The notes beneath the pieces are model-generated. The model ran no database searches. It saw only the letters and a list, made by a program, of their open reading frames with translations, and had not been told where the DNA came from. From a virus, in the IMG/VR virus record IMGVR_UViG_3300045988_084189, positions 1 through 64,000 of that record: 64,000 bases of DNA. One strand, written 5' to 3'. The first letter of the stretch is position 1, and every line of letters starts with the position of its first letter. This document shows positions 47,926 through 55,820 of the stretch, one piece after another. A program made the position numbers and the translations under genes.

Positions 47926-48762
47926 TTAAAAATTCACCACCGACATTGCGGTAATTGCTCTTTGTTCTGTTCTCTTAACGTACCTAGATGTGATCTGGAT
48001 TCCAGAATGTCCCATTGCCTTACTAATGACCTCAATCGGCACATTAGCCTCAGACATCATAGTAGCAAATGTGCGGCGCATTGTATGATTGCTAATATGC
48101 AATTCTTCCCAATTCTCAATACCAGCTTTTCTAGCACATACCTTGAGCATAGCACTAGTATTCTTGCCATCCATTTTATTGCCACGATTACCCACGAACA
48201 GATATTCACAGCCATCTTTGCGCTCATTAGCAATATAGCTATCAATCAGCTTGATCGTTTCATCAGCCAAGCCAACCAATCTATCCTTATCGCCCTTACC
48301 ACGGATGACCAGTACATTATTGCTACGGGATTCATACTGCTCAAGCGTGATATTGGCAAGCTCATGAATACGCAAGCCAGTCTGAGCAAGCATCATAATA
48401 ATCGCCTTATTGCGCAGATTGGTAGCAGCATTGACCATTGCTCTGACCTGTTCGCCATTAAGAGCCGACTGCTCACGATTTTTAATTTGCGGCGCTTCAA
48501 GCATCTCAGCAGGATTGCGGCTAATGAACTCGTTACGATACAGGAACTTGAAATATTCACGAACCGCTGACGTTCTCTGAGCAACAGATGCAGAACTGAG
48601 ATTGCTCATGCTGGACTGCCACAGCTCAAGGTCAATCGGCTTGATTTCAGACTCAGGCTTGTTGACATATGCCATGCAATTCTCAATCGCCTTAGTATAT
48701 TCACGAATAGTGCCCTCGCTACGGTGCTTTGCCTTGAGGCTCATAACAAACAGTTCGTTCAT
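47926..48762 (-). CDS. tyrosine recombinase / integrase (XerC/D-like)
   Basis: Catalytic residues in TGLRIHEL, HTMRRTFAT and GHSGIQITSRYV (R..HxxR..Y). The ATG at 48762 follows AAGGAG+9 nt and lies downstream of promoter 48792..48820; the track start at 48804 lies inside that promoter. Confidence 0.8.
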   Translation of the reverse strand: MNELFVMSLKAKHRSEGTIREYTKAIENCMAYVNKPESEIKPIDLELWQSSMSNLSSASVAQRTSAVREYFKFLYRNEFISRNPAEMLEAPQIKNREQSALNGEQVRAMVNAATNLRNKAIIMMLAQTGLRIHELANITLEQYESRSNNVLVIRGKGDKDRLVGLADETIKLIDSYIANERKDGCEYLFVGNRGNKMDGKNTSAMLKVCARKAGIENWEELHISNHTMRRTFATMMSEANVPIEVISKAMGHSGIQITSRYVKRTEQRAITAMSVVNF

Positions 48763-48791
48763 AATGTTCAGCTCCTTCATTTGATGGTTTA

Positions 48792-48820
48792 AGTATAGCA
48801 CCATAGCGGCGATTTGTCAA
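48792..48820 (-). promoter_or_regulatory. sigma-A type promoter
   Basis: Minus strand: cTTGACAaatcgccgctatggTGcTATACTta. Confidence 0.65.
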
Positions 48821-48830
48821 GCCCTATTTT

Positions 48831-48866
48831 ATAAAAATCCCTACAATCTTTCGACCATAGGGATTT
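48831..48866 (-). terminator. rho-independent terminator after the HU gene
   Basis: Minus strand: aaatccctatggtcgaaagattgtagggattttta. The stem is 8 bp and a T-run follows. Confidence 0.65.
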
Positions 48867-48881
48867 TACCAGGAGGATTAT

Positions 48882-49157
48882 TTACTCATTGATTTCTGCC
48901 TTGAGTGTGCTTGTAGGCTTAAATGTCAGAGCATACTTGGCAGGAACTTCAATGGTTTCGCCTGTCTGTGGATTACGAGCAGTACGAGCATCACGCAGCT
49001 TGGTTGTGAACTTGCCAAAGCCATGAATCACTACATCTTCATGCTGGACTAGGCTGTTCTTTACATAGTTGATAAATTCATCAACAATTTCCTCAGTATC
49101 CTTGATTGTGTTGTCTGTTGACTGAGCTACAAACTTGATTAGTTCCTTCTTGGTCAT
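48882..49157 (-). CDS. hup: HU/IHF-family DNA-binding protein
   Basis: 91 aa with GFGKFTTKLRDARTARNPQTGETIEVPA, the HU arm signature. Confidence 0.85.
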   Translation of the reverse strand: MTKKELIKFVAQSTDNTIKDTEEIVDEFINYVKNSLVQHEDVVIHGFGKFTTKLRDARTARNPQTGETIEVPAKYALTFKPTSTLKAEINE

Positions 49158-49200
49158 AAATTCCTTTTAATTTCCTTTCAATTTCTAATAAAATTTTATT

Positions 49201-49236
49201 AAAACAAGTCGCAATGTTCATGCGCATATTGACTTG
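49201..49236 (-). terminator. hairpin plus short T-run (weak terminator or processing site)
   Basis: The stem caagtc/gacttg encloses an imperfect inner helix and is followed on the minus strand by ttttaataaaatttt. Confidence 0.3.
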
Positions 49237-49602
49237 ATATATAGGGTTATTGTTCCACTATCAACTACTTACAGGGTCCTCTTACCCAAGCCCTATATTG
49301 TTTTGCGCGGAATAGACTATCACCACGCTATGAGCCTGTGTCGAATATCGCTCTTTGTCCAGTTTTCTGTCAGCTGGCAAACACCTCATCTAATGCGCAC
49401 TTAATGAGGATTTAAGGCGTTACTTCATAGCATCAGGTGGTCAACCATCAACTATTCAGCAACTAGCATTACAACCTATAAACTAGACTATCCGCAGTGA
49501 CCAAATCTTGAGGACGGCCTTACAAAGCTAGGATTTTCAGCTTTTCCTCCAGACGTCTATCAAGTGTGCTTACAATGCTAGTAGAGGCATGATAGACGTT
49601 TT

Positions 49603-49675
49603 GACCGTGGTAGGATTCGAACCTACATCTCAACCGCTATGGACGGAGAGTATTACCAATTAGGAGACGCGGTCA
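49603..49675 (-). pseudogene. tRNA-like element (CAT at the anticodon position), degenerate
   Basis: 73 nt with canonical spacing: U8, A14, G18G19, a perfect T-arm GTAGG-TTCGAAT-CCTAC, a 6/7 acceptor stem and A73. The D-stem has 1/4 pairs and the anticodon stem 3/5. No CCA is encoded. Confidence 0.45.
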
Positions 49676-50289
49676 TATGGTAGTAGGCTTTAGGCTCAAC
49701 CTACAGGAACCGCCATTGATTTGTTTTTATCGACCCTAGGCATCGATTGGCTAGTAATCCAAACAATGGTCAACAAACCATAACTACTGGTTATGATAGC
49801 AAGCGAGGCCGCGCGTGACCTCATCTTATATAAATTCCTCAATTACCATCGACAGGTGTAATTATGTCCTCAATATACGTTTTTGAGTAATGTCTACTCT
49901 CATTGAGTACCTTATATAAAATTGCGCTACTTGCTATCATATGGAAATGGGCTTTAAGCATCAACCCATTAGAAGCAAATCAATAAACCTACACTCTAAC
50001 CTAGTCCTAAGACTGCTAGAACCTCACCCTGTTTTTGTATGCCTCGCCTCAGCTTATTGATTACAACTTTAATTAGTAGCCCTTAGTTGCCACGGGGTCA
50101 ATCTCTGCTTAATCCGTCTGGTTCTCGTTATCGACATGATTGACTGCATATGCCTTTATGCTGTTAAGCAATTTAACTTCCTCTCACCAGCTCGATTTGC
50201 ATTTGATAATGGAGTGCTTATGACACATTCTCATCTCCATAATAGTAGTCTATAAACCAGCCACTATATATCATTTCAAGTGGACTTAA

Positions 50290-50366
50290 TGGTAGCTCAG
50301 GTGGAATTCGAATCCACACTTTACGGATTTTGAATCCGCTCCCTCTGCCGATTGGGGTACTGAGCC
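50290..50366 (-). tRNA. tRNA, anticodon CAA (nominally Leu) with a short variable loop
   Basis: GGCTCAG-TA-CCCC-AATCGGCAG-AGGG-A-GCGGA-TTCAAAA-TCCGT-AAAGT-GTGGA-TTCGAAT-TCCAC-CTGAGCT-A-CCA. It folds into a cloverleaf and encodes CCA. Confidence 0.7.
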
Positions 50367-51200
50367 ATATTCAATCTCAAGCCGACTTCCTGCCTCATAG
50401 CTATTTCTAGCATCGGCTCGTGAATGATGTTTACATAATATCCTTATATCACCTTCGTCGTTACGTTTTTGCATGGATGCTAACGTGGCACGATTGGGCG
50501 CGACCCCAATTCTCTAGTCTGTATCTGCCGCTTCTCAAACTCTGCGCAGACCCCAGTGCGGGCGTGATATAGATTTGACGGTTATCTTCAAATCCGGTCG
50601 GATATTATATTATTTGTCAATCCCAATCCCTTTTATTATGCCGAACAGATTGACTAGTGCGCCCTACTTGGCATTAGGCAATTACGCCATTTATGCTTAT
50701 CTCATTTGTCTTACGCACGTTCCCTTGCTCGCTTTTTTATCAAAGACCGACATACCACGTAGGATATGCGGTTAGCTTGGTTTGCCTATCGCACGAGCAA
50801 TGATAGGTTTTTTACGACAATATGGTAGCTATGACCCGGTTTCATGGTCAATTACGAAGAGCAGTTAAAAGTTGTTACCTTTTACTTAAAATCTCTCTTC
50901 AACCTCTTACGAGGGACTAAGCCGTATCATTCGGATTTCCCGACTCATTTCGACTTGCGGATTTGTTACCTACCGCTGCACTACCTGCTAACCTTTCTAT
51001 GTTAGCCCCGACCCGTCTGTTCAACTATCGTTAGCTATTGCCGAAGTGTTATTGCACTCTACTCCATATGGAAGACCTATTTGATCGTTCGAGTGCAACA
51101 TATGATGGCTGTTCATCAAACTCCACTTAGCTGTTTCGTAATGCCCATCTGAACTATGTCAGGACTCAGCGATTTCAGCACCATCATCTTTACATTCTCA

Positions 51201-51229
51201 ATTATACCACACTTGATTTTATTTGTCAA
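51201..51229 (-). promoter_or_regulatory. sigma-A type promoter driving the ORF-free region
   Basis: Minus strand: cTTGACAaataaaatcaagtgTGgTATAATtg. Confidence 0.7.
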
Positions 51230-51304
51230 GCATTATTTTTCATACACTAATAATCAATAAATTTTCTTAAACATCTAACCATACAACTTACCCTACCTAA
51301 TCAA

Positions 51305-51544
51305 CTAATCTGAAATTTCTTCATTATTAGTCAATGATTTCTTTGCCATACGAGCTGATTTGAGCCGTTCTGCCGTAACTTGCTTCTGCTCTTCGGTCAT
51401 TGAGCGGGTACGCCCTGATTTGCCAAATCTCAAGTCATAAAGCGGACAAGACTTAATTGGACAATGTTTCACTTCGTTTGCTGAATCACCTGAGCATTGT
51501 AAACAATATTGTCGTATTCGTTTCAGCGGAGATGCTGAATCCAT
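51305..51544 (-). CDS. small Cys4 zinc-binding basic protein
   Basis: 79 aa with CLQCSGD...HCPIKSCPLY and a basic C-terminal tail. Confidence 0.5.
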   Translation of the reverse strand: MDSASPLKRIRQYCLQCSGDSANEVKHCPIKSCPLYDLRFGKSGRTRSMTEEQKQVTAERLKSARMAKKSLTNNEEISD

Positions 51545-51573
51545 ATTAGGTACTCCTTTTATTTTATTTTATC

Positions 51574-51649
51574 TGGTCGAGGGTAAGTGATTTGAACACT
51601 TGTAGCACGATTATAAGTCGTGTGGACTAGACCGCTGTCCGAACCCTCG
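51574..51649 (-). tRNA. tRNA-Ile (anticodon UAU)
   Basis: CGAGGGT-TC-GGAC-AGCGGTCTA-GTCC-A-CACGA-CTTATAA-TCGTG-CTAC-AAGTG-TTCAAAT-CACTT-ACCCTCG-A-CCA. All stems are fully paired. Confidence 0.85.
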
Positions 51650-51748
51650 ATAATTTGAGCCTTTTATCGTCATGCTCAGGACTATATTCTAGGAGGTTCA
51701 CAATGAAGAACTGTAATTGAGATTACCCAATTTCTCAACCACATCTGT

Positions 51749-51777
51749 ATTATACCATAAGATTCGCTGTTTGTCAA
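51749..51777 (-). promoter_or_regulatory. sigma-A type promoter
   Basis: Minus strand: cTTGACAaacagcgaatcttaTGgTATAATac. Confidence 0.7.
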
Positions 51778-51786
51778 GCATTATTT

Positions 51787-52128
51787 TTACCAATCTGCAT
51801 TGATTACAATTTTATCTCCGTCACTAAGAGCAGATTCTATTAGCCACAATACTTGCTCCATTTGCAACGAACTGCCAAAATCAGGCTGATTTACAAATTT
51901 GATAAGCTCATCAATTTGTTCGTCGTTAAGCGCCATATCCTTACCATACATGGGTTGTGAATACGGTTGTCCTTTTACATATGGCTTATAGTAGCCAATA
52001 GATTCAAGATATTCATACCACCATCTACCGCCGCAATTTATTGTATCAACGTCTCGATATGTCACCAATTCGCCGCAATGTGGACAATAAATCGGTTCAG
52101 CGCGGCTAATGGTAATATCTAATCCCAT
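51787..52128 (-). CDS. hypothetical protein (N-terminal zinc ribbon)
   Basis: 113 aa with CPHCG...NCGG. Confidence 0.45.
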   Translation of the reverse strand: MGLDITISRAEPIYCPHCGELVTYRDVDTINCGGRWWYEYLESIGYYKPYVKGQPYSQPMYGKDMALNDEQIDELIKFVNQPDFGSSLQMEQVLWLIESALSDGDKIVINADW

Positions 52129-52159
52129 ATATCATCATCTCCATTCATTTGATAATTGG

Positions 52160-52188
52160 ATTATACCATATAGAATTTAATTTGTCAA
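52160..52188 (-). promoter_or_regulatory. sigma-A type promoter
   Basis: Minus strand: cTTGACAaattaaattctataTGgTATAATcc. Confidence 0.7.
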
Positions 52189-52191
52189 GCA

Positions 52192-52626
52192 TTATTTGAT
52201 AAATTTATTTTTAATATCCGTCCATTTTTTAATCTGGTCATCTACACGCACCCATGTACCATGATACATATCAGCATCAAACCACCATATACCATAATAG
52301 AGACTATAATAATTAAGATTCGCCTCATTTATAATGGTTGGGAATGGATTACCAAATCCACAATAGTTAAATAACTCCTTAACAAATTTTATATCGCTCT
52401 CATTGCCAACTGTAAAAGCATATACATCATTATCAAAATCGGCCCATACGAATGCGACATCATCAAATTTGATTTCTGTCCCATCTTTTCTATAAAATCC
52501 AAGACAACTGTCTTTGCGTTTCGTTACATCTTTATATCTACATACCCACTCATGGCAATGCGCCTCATATTCATCATCAAATTCTGCGCCGCAATATTCA
52601 CATTTATAAATCGTTGTTTCAATCAT
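52192..52626 (-). CDS. hypothetical protein
   Basis: 144 aa with an N-terminal CEYCG...HCHEWVC. Confidence 0.45.
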   Translation of the reverse strand: MIETTIYKCEYCGAEFDDEYEAHCHEWVCRYKDVTKRKDSCLGFYRKDGTEIKFDDVAFVWADFDNDVYAFTVGNESDIKFVKELFNYCGFGNPFPTIINEANLNYYSLYYGIWWFDADMYHGTWVRVDDQIKKWTDIKNKFIK

Positions 52627-52760
52627 TTCTTAAATTCCTCCGTTGCCTGTTTAATAACACTGATTATACCATATACCAAAAGAATACCAGTGCCAATAAT
52701 TGCCAATGCAAGTACGACAAGTCCAGAATAACGAACAATATTCCATAATACATCAATCAT
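52623..52760 (-). CDS. small membrane protein (45 aa)
   Basis: MIDVLWNIVRYSGLVVLALAIIGTGILLVYGIISVIKQATEEFKK. It has a GGAGGA RBS and its stop overlaps the next ATG. It falls below the ORF-track cut-off. Confidence 0.45.
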   Translation of the reverse strand: MIDVLWNIVRYSGLVVLALAIIGTGILLVYGIISVIKQATEEFKK

Positions 52761-52932
52761 CAACCTCATCCTCCTCGTCATCTAAGATATACTGAAGAAT
52801 AGTTGTATATGTATTTATTTTTGTTTTTGCTTTAATTTTTACAATTTCATCCGTTGTATTATCTCTAATCTCTGTAATCTTATCAATCATATAAAGACAA
52901 AAATCAATTACATCATCCAACGTTGTTTTCAT
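52753..52932 (-). CDS. small acidic protein (59 aa)
   Basis: MKTTLDDVIDFCLYMIDKITEIRDN...DDEEDEVDD. The start overlaps the upstream stop as TAATG. Confidence 0.4.
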   Translation of the reverse strand: MKTTLDDVIDFCLYMIDKITEIRDNTTDEIVKIKAKTKINTYTTILQYILDDEEDEVDD

Positions 52933-53507
52933 TATTCAAATAATTCCTCCATTTCTCTAACATGATATTGCCTATCTTTCAGATCATCCACCCTAGTTCT
53001 AGCCAATTCCCAATTTGAACCAGCAAAGCCGCTTTTCATCACATCAGCTATAATCTGCTCATCTTTATATTTGCGCCGTTCGAGCCGTAAATCATGGAGC
53101 AACTTATATATCTTATATCCATCACGAGCATTGTATGAATTGAACTCAATAGCATGAAGCACGTCTTGAATTTTATTCTCTACCTCTTGTAGCTTATATT
53201 CAACCCATGTCACCCTTGCTACAAGCTGGTCATGCAGGTCACAGAACGAGCCGATTTGCGCCAATGCTGAATCATAATTCACCAAATTTGAATTGTTGAA
53301 CTGGTCGAAATCGACGGGTTTAGATGGTGCATCAATCTGTTGCACAAAATAACCCAGATTGCGCATTTGCTTTGGTAAATTAGAAAGCGCATTATCGGCT
53401 TTGGTTTTATCACTAAATTGAAATGACTCGTTTAATTCGGGCGTTGGTGTCCATTGTCCTATAGCATTGTGCATAAGATAGGATTTTTGATTATATAGTA
53501 CATACAT
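52932..53507 (-). CDS. hypothetical protein
   Basis: 191-aa ORF. Confidence 0.45.
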   Translation of the reverse strand: MYVLYNQKSYLMHNAIGQWTPTPELNESFQFSDKTKADNALSNLPKQMRNLGYFVQQIDAPSKPVDFDQFNNSNLVNYDSALAQIGSFCDLHDQLVARVTWVEYKLQEVENKIQDVLHAIEFNSYNARDGYKIYKLLHDLRLERRKYKDEQIIADVMKSGFAGSNWELARTRVDDLKDRQYHVREMEELFE

Positions 53508-53517
53508 ACATCATCAC

Positions 53518-54198
53518 CTACGGTTCGATTATACCATATTCATTTACATTTGTCAAGAGAATATTTGCCCATTCTGCATTTTTATCTTCAGTCAGATAGA
53601 AAAATTTATGACCACCAATCGTCATCGCATAATTCTGAGATTCATGCCATGGGCTATCGCACAATTTTGGGGCATAGAAAAACAGAATCGGCTTTTCGGT
53701 CACAAATTGCCCCATGTCAAAAATATCATGCACAGCATCCATGACTTCAATATACATTTTTCTATCCTGCTTATCCAAATCCGGATTCCAACCGGCATAC
53801 TGGTAGACCTCTTTGACTTCACGAGCCGTCAAGCCGTCTTTAATCATTGCATCAAAATAGCACTGAGCAACAGCCAACTTGCCTTTATACGGCTCATAGG
53901 CGCATTCACCAGCCATTACAGATTCAATAAACCAACGATCATCCTCTGTTAAATTGATGGGAGATTTATAACGTTCAATTTCAGATTCCTGTTCTACAAT
54001 CTGTGGCTCGACGTAGATATATTGCGGCTCAACAGATTCAAATTTTGATTCCTCAATCGGTTTGGTCTTAACGGTATATTGTACAGATTGCACGTTATGG
54101 CTCGATTCGAATGGACTCAGGATAATACCCATACATCCAGCCAACCCAAATAAGGCAAGCCCAATTCCTGCAACGGCACATCTAGTTGTACGCTTCAT
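53518..54198 (-). CDS. lipoprotein, SleB/CwlJ-like cell-wall hydrolase domain
   Basis: Signal peptide with the lipobox LAGC. GECAYEPYKGKLAVAQCYFD resembles the Hydrolase_2 family. GAGGAGG RBS. Confidence 0.5.
   Translation of the reverse strand: MKRTTRCAVAGIGLALFGLAGCMGIILSPFESSHNVQSVQYTVKTKPIEESKFESVEPQYIYVEPQIVEQESEIERYKSPINLTEDDRWFIESVMAGECAYEPYKGKLAVAQCYFDAMIKDGLTAREVKEVYQYAGWNPDLDKQDRKMYIEVMDAVHDIFDMGQFVTEKPILFFYAPKLCDSPWHESQNYAMTIGGHKFFYLTEDKNAEWANILLTNVNEYGIIEP
53528..53556 (-). promoter_or_regulatory. sigma-A type promoter inside the 3' end of the lipoprotein gene
   Basis: Minus strand: cTTGACAaatgtaaatgaataTGgTATAATcg. Confidence 0.6.
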
Positions 54199-54219
54199 TT
54201 TAATTTACCTCCTCAATAT

Positions 54220-54378
54220 TCATTTTTCATTTTGTGGCTCGTATATATGTATATCACATTTGATTCTATTTGTCAAGTATGAATTTCAATTTTCATTTTG
54301 GGATTATAAATATCAATTCCGATTTTAGAATTTCATTTTCCACATATATTTACAATCTCGAAAGTCATTTTTCATTTT
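54220..54378. repeat. three copies of TCA(T/A)TTTTCATTTT
   Basis: Copies lie at 54220, 54285 (one mismatch) and 54365. The first and third extend to ~30 nt: ...CTCGT(A/GC)ATATAT. Confidence 0.5.
54248..54276 (-). promoter_or_regulatory. sigma-A type promoter (weaker -10)
   Basis: Minus strand: cTTGACAaatagaatcaaatgTGaTATACAta. Confidence 0.5.
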
Positions 54379-54379
54379 C

Positions 54380-54740
54380 CAGCTCGTGCATATATAGATA
54401 TCTATATACGTACACATATACAATAACAATAATCATTATCATTTACACATACATATATCAATCAATCGATATATTAGCACATCCATCTACATATACATTT
54501 ACATATTCATATGCAGATACATCTACATCATCATGCACATAAATGATGCAGATAGCAATACGCATGATATAGATAGATATATTTATCGATAATGCGCAGC
54601 TTTATGTCTATGAATAAAAGCATTACTTTCATGCACATATCACGATTTATATTAGCATCAAAGTCAACATCATTCACATTTTTCATATGAATATTCACCA
54701 ACAGCATCACATTTTTACATGGGAGATTTATGTACATTCA
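54380..54740. repeat. G-depleted CA/TA-rich low-complexity tract
   Basis: The + strand is almost devoid of G for >150 nt (catatatacaataacaataatcattatcatttacacatac...). It also contains the ATCGAT-centred palindromes aatcgatat and TTATCGATAA. Confidence 0.6.
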
Positions 54741-55306
54741 CACATTTTTCCATTGTAAAATAATGTGCGGTTGTCGGCTGGCAACTTGTCTGTATGACAT
54801 AAGACGCACAAGTTATGAGCGCAGATTTCACCATAGCCATGTCGCGCCGTTGGAACCGATTTGAGCCGAGTTTATACTCATCCTAGGTAATATATGCCCA
54901 TAGTCGATTCGAGCCGCCACGCCTGTCCTGAGCCACGCATCGTCGCCGCGATTGTATATAGGCATATATTACCGGGGGAAAATTCGTTTGACCTAATCCG
55001 CACACGCGCACATGAGAAAATCCGGCTCGATTTTTCCGCGCCGATCCATTATATGTACTGTATATTGCTGGGAAAAATGTAAAAAATTGTAAGGTGCGCT
55101 CGTACTTATGCCCGCTCGACCCCTCGATTTTTCACTTCATTTGAGTAAAGCATGGTGGGAAAATATGGTAGTTAAAGTCGTCTAACAAGATTTGTGAAAA
55201 AATGGAAATAGCCTGAAAAGTTGGAAGTTGTGCAGATTGTACAAACATAGTTAAACGCCTTTAACTCATGTTCGACCTTCCCCTCCTCATATGTTATCCA
55301 TAGGTC
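54740..55306 (-). ncRNA. candidate non-coding transcript or structured leader
   Basis: The consensus promoter at 55313..55341 points into an ORF-free GC-rich segment. Only a 9-codon mini-ORF follows the RBS-like GAGGAGGGG. Confidence 0.3.
54886..54973. repeat. perfect 13-bp inverted repeat
   Basis: GGTAATATATGCC (54886-54898) and GGCATATATTACC (54961-54973), separated by 62 nt of GC-rich sequence. Confidence 0.8.
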
Positions 55307-55312
55307 ACTTTG

Positions 55313-55341
55313 ATTATAGCAGATTGATCGCAGCTTGTCAA
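55313..55341 (-). promoter_or_regulatory. sigma-A type promoter
   Basis: Minus strand: gTTGACAagctgcgatcaatcTGcTATAATca. Confidence 0.7.
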
Positions 55342-55351
55342 CAAAAAAATT

Positions 55352-55407
55352 GCATAAAAATAAGCCGCCAATTTTGGGCATATTGTACAATGCCCTTCTG
55401 GCGGCTT
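55352..55407 (-). terminator. long hairpin terminator
   Basis: Outer stem aagccgcca/tggcggctt with inner stem gggcat/atgccc. A T-run follows on the minus strand. Confidence 0.55.
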
Positions 55408-55454
55408 TGGCGGCTTTATACGGCGCGAACTATGCCGGGGATATATAAACATAG

Positions 55455-55493
55455 GGAAGAAAAGAAAAGCCCATAGCGGTCAAGCTATAGGCT
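55455..55493 (-). terminator. rho-independent terminator
   Basis: Minus strand: agcctatagc-ttgacc-gctatgggct followed by tttcttttctt. Confidence 0.55.
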
Positions 55494-55511
55494 TTAGAAT
55501 TGCTATTTGAT

Positions 55512-55820
55512 TCACGGCAGTAAATCATATCTATCATATCGGGCCGATACGATCATATCATCGTGAACGTCCTGCGTTCCCATATCGCAGAAGATACAAG
55601 TGATATCATCTCCAACTTCATAATCACCTGTATCTGTATCAAATGCGTAGACCATGCCGCCCGAAGTTTGAACGGAAACGCGCTCCGTGTCCTTGTCTAC
55701 GGTTTCAATTGCAATGCAGCGGCTTGCATCGGCATAGATTCCATATTTTAGAATATTCTTTTCCTTCGTAGCGGAAAACAGCGAAGAAATCAAAATTGCA
55801 ATAGTGATAATAGCCTTCAT
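55512..55820 (-). CDS. secreted or membrane-anchored small protein
   Basis: 102 aa with the N-terminal signal-like MKAIITIAILISSLFSA and a GGAAGGAG RBS. Confidence 0.5.
   Translation of the reverse strand: MKAIITIAILISSLFSATKEKNILKYGIYADASRCIAIETVDKDTERVSVQTSGGMVYAFDTDTGDYEVGDDITCIFCDMGTQDVHDDMIVSARYDRYDLLP

Larger units (their letters stand above)
49200..51194 (-). ncRNA. candidate ~2-kb non-coding transcript with embedded tRNA modules
   Basis: The consensus promoter at 51201..51229 points into it. No ORF has an RBS in any frame. It is visibly GC-richer than the flanking genes, has many local hairpins, and contains a tRNA and a tRNA-like element. Confidence 0.4.

Noticed and set aside
49603-49675. 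attP core formed by the 3' half of a host tRNA
   Set aside because: The 5' acceptor strand and the D-loop conserved bases are also present, which is not expected for a partial attP copy. A decayed or structural tRNA-like module fits better, but this cannot be excluded without the host sequence.
50286-50775. ORFs 50286..50474 (-) and 50575..50775 (+) in the 2-kb region
   Set aside because: The first runs straight through the tRNA(CAA) gene. Neither has an RBS, and both are short chance ORFs in GC-richer sequence.
49158-51300. Stop-codon-recoded protein genes hiding in the 'non-coding' region
   Set aside because: All other genes in the window read through cleanly in the standard code. The two phage tRNAs have sense anticodons (CAA, UAU), not suppressor anticodons. 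I keep recoding only as a formal alternative to be excluded computationally.
54270-54737. ORFs 54270..54542 (+) and 54531..54737 (-)
   Set aside because: They lie wholly in G-depleted low-complexity DNA. Their translations are Y/I/T/S repeats, and neither has an RBS.
55172-55390. 72-aa minus-strand ORF
   Set aside because: Its start lies upstream of, and runs through, the consensus promoter and terminator. No in-frame start exists downstream of the predicted TSS.
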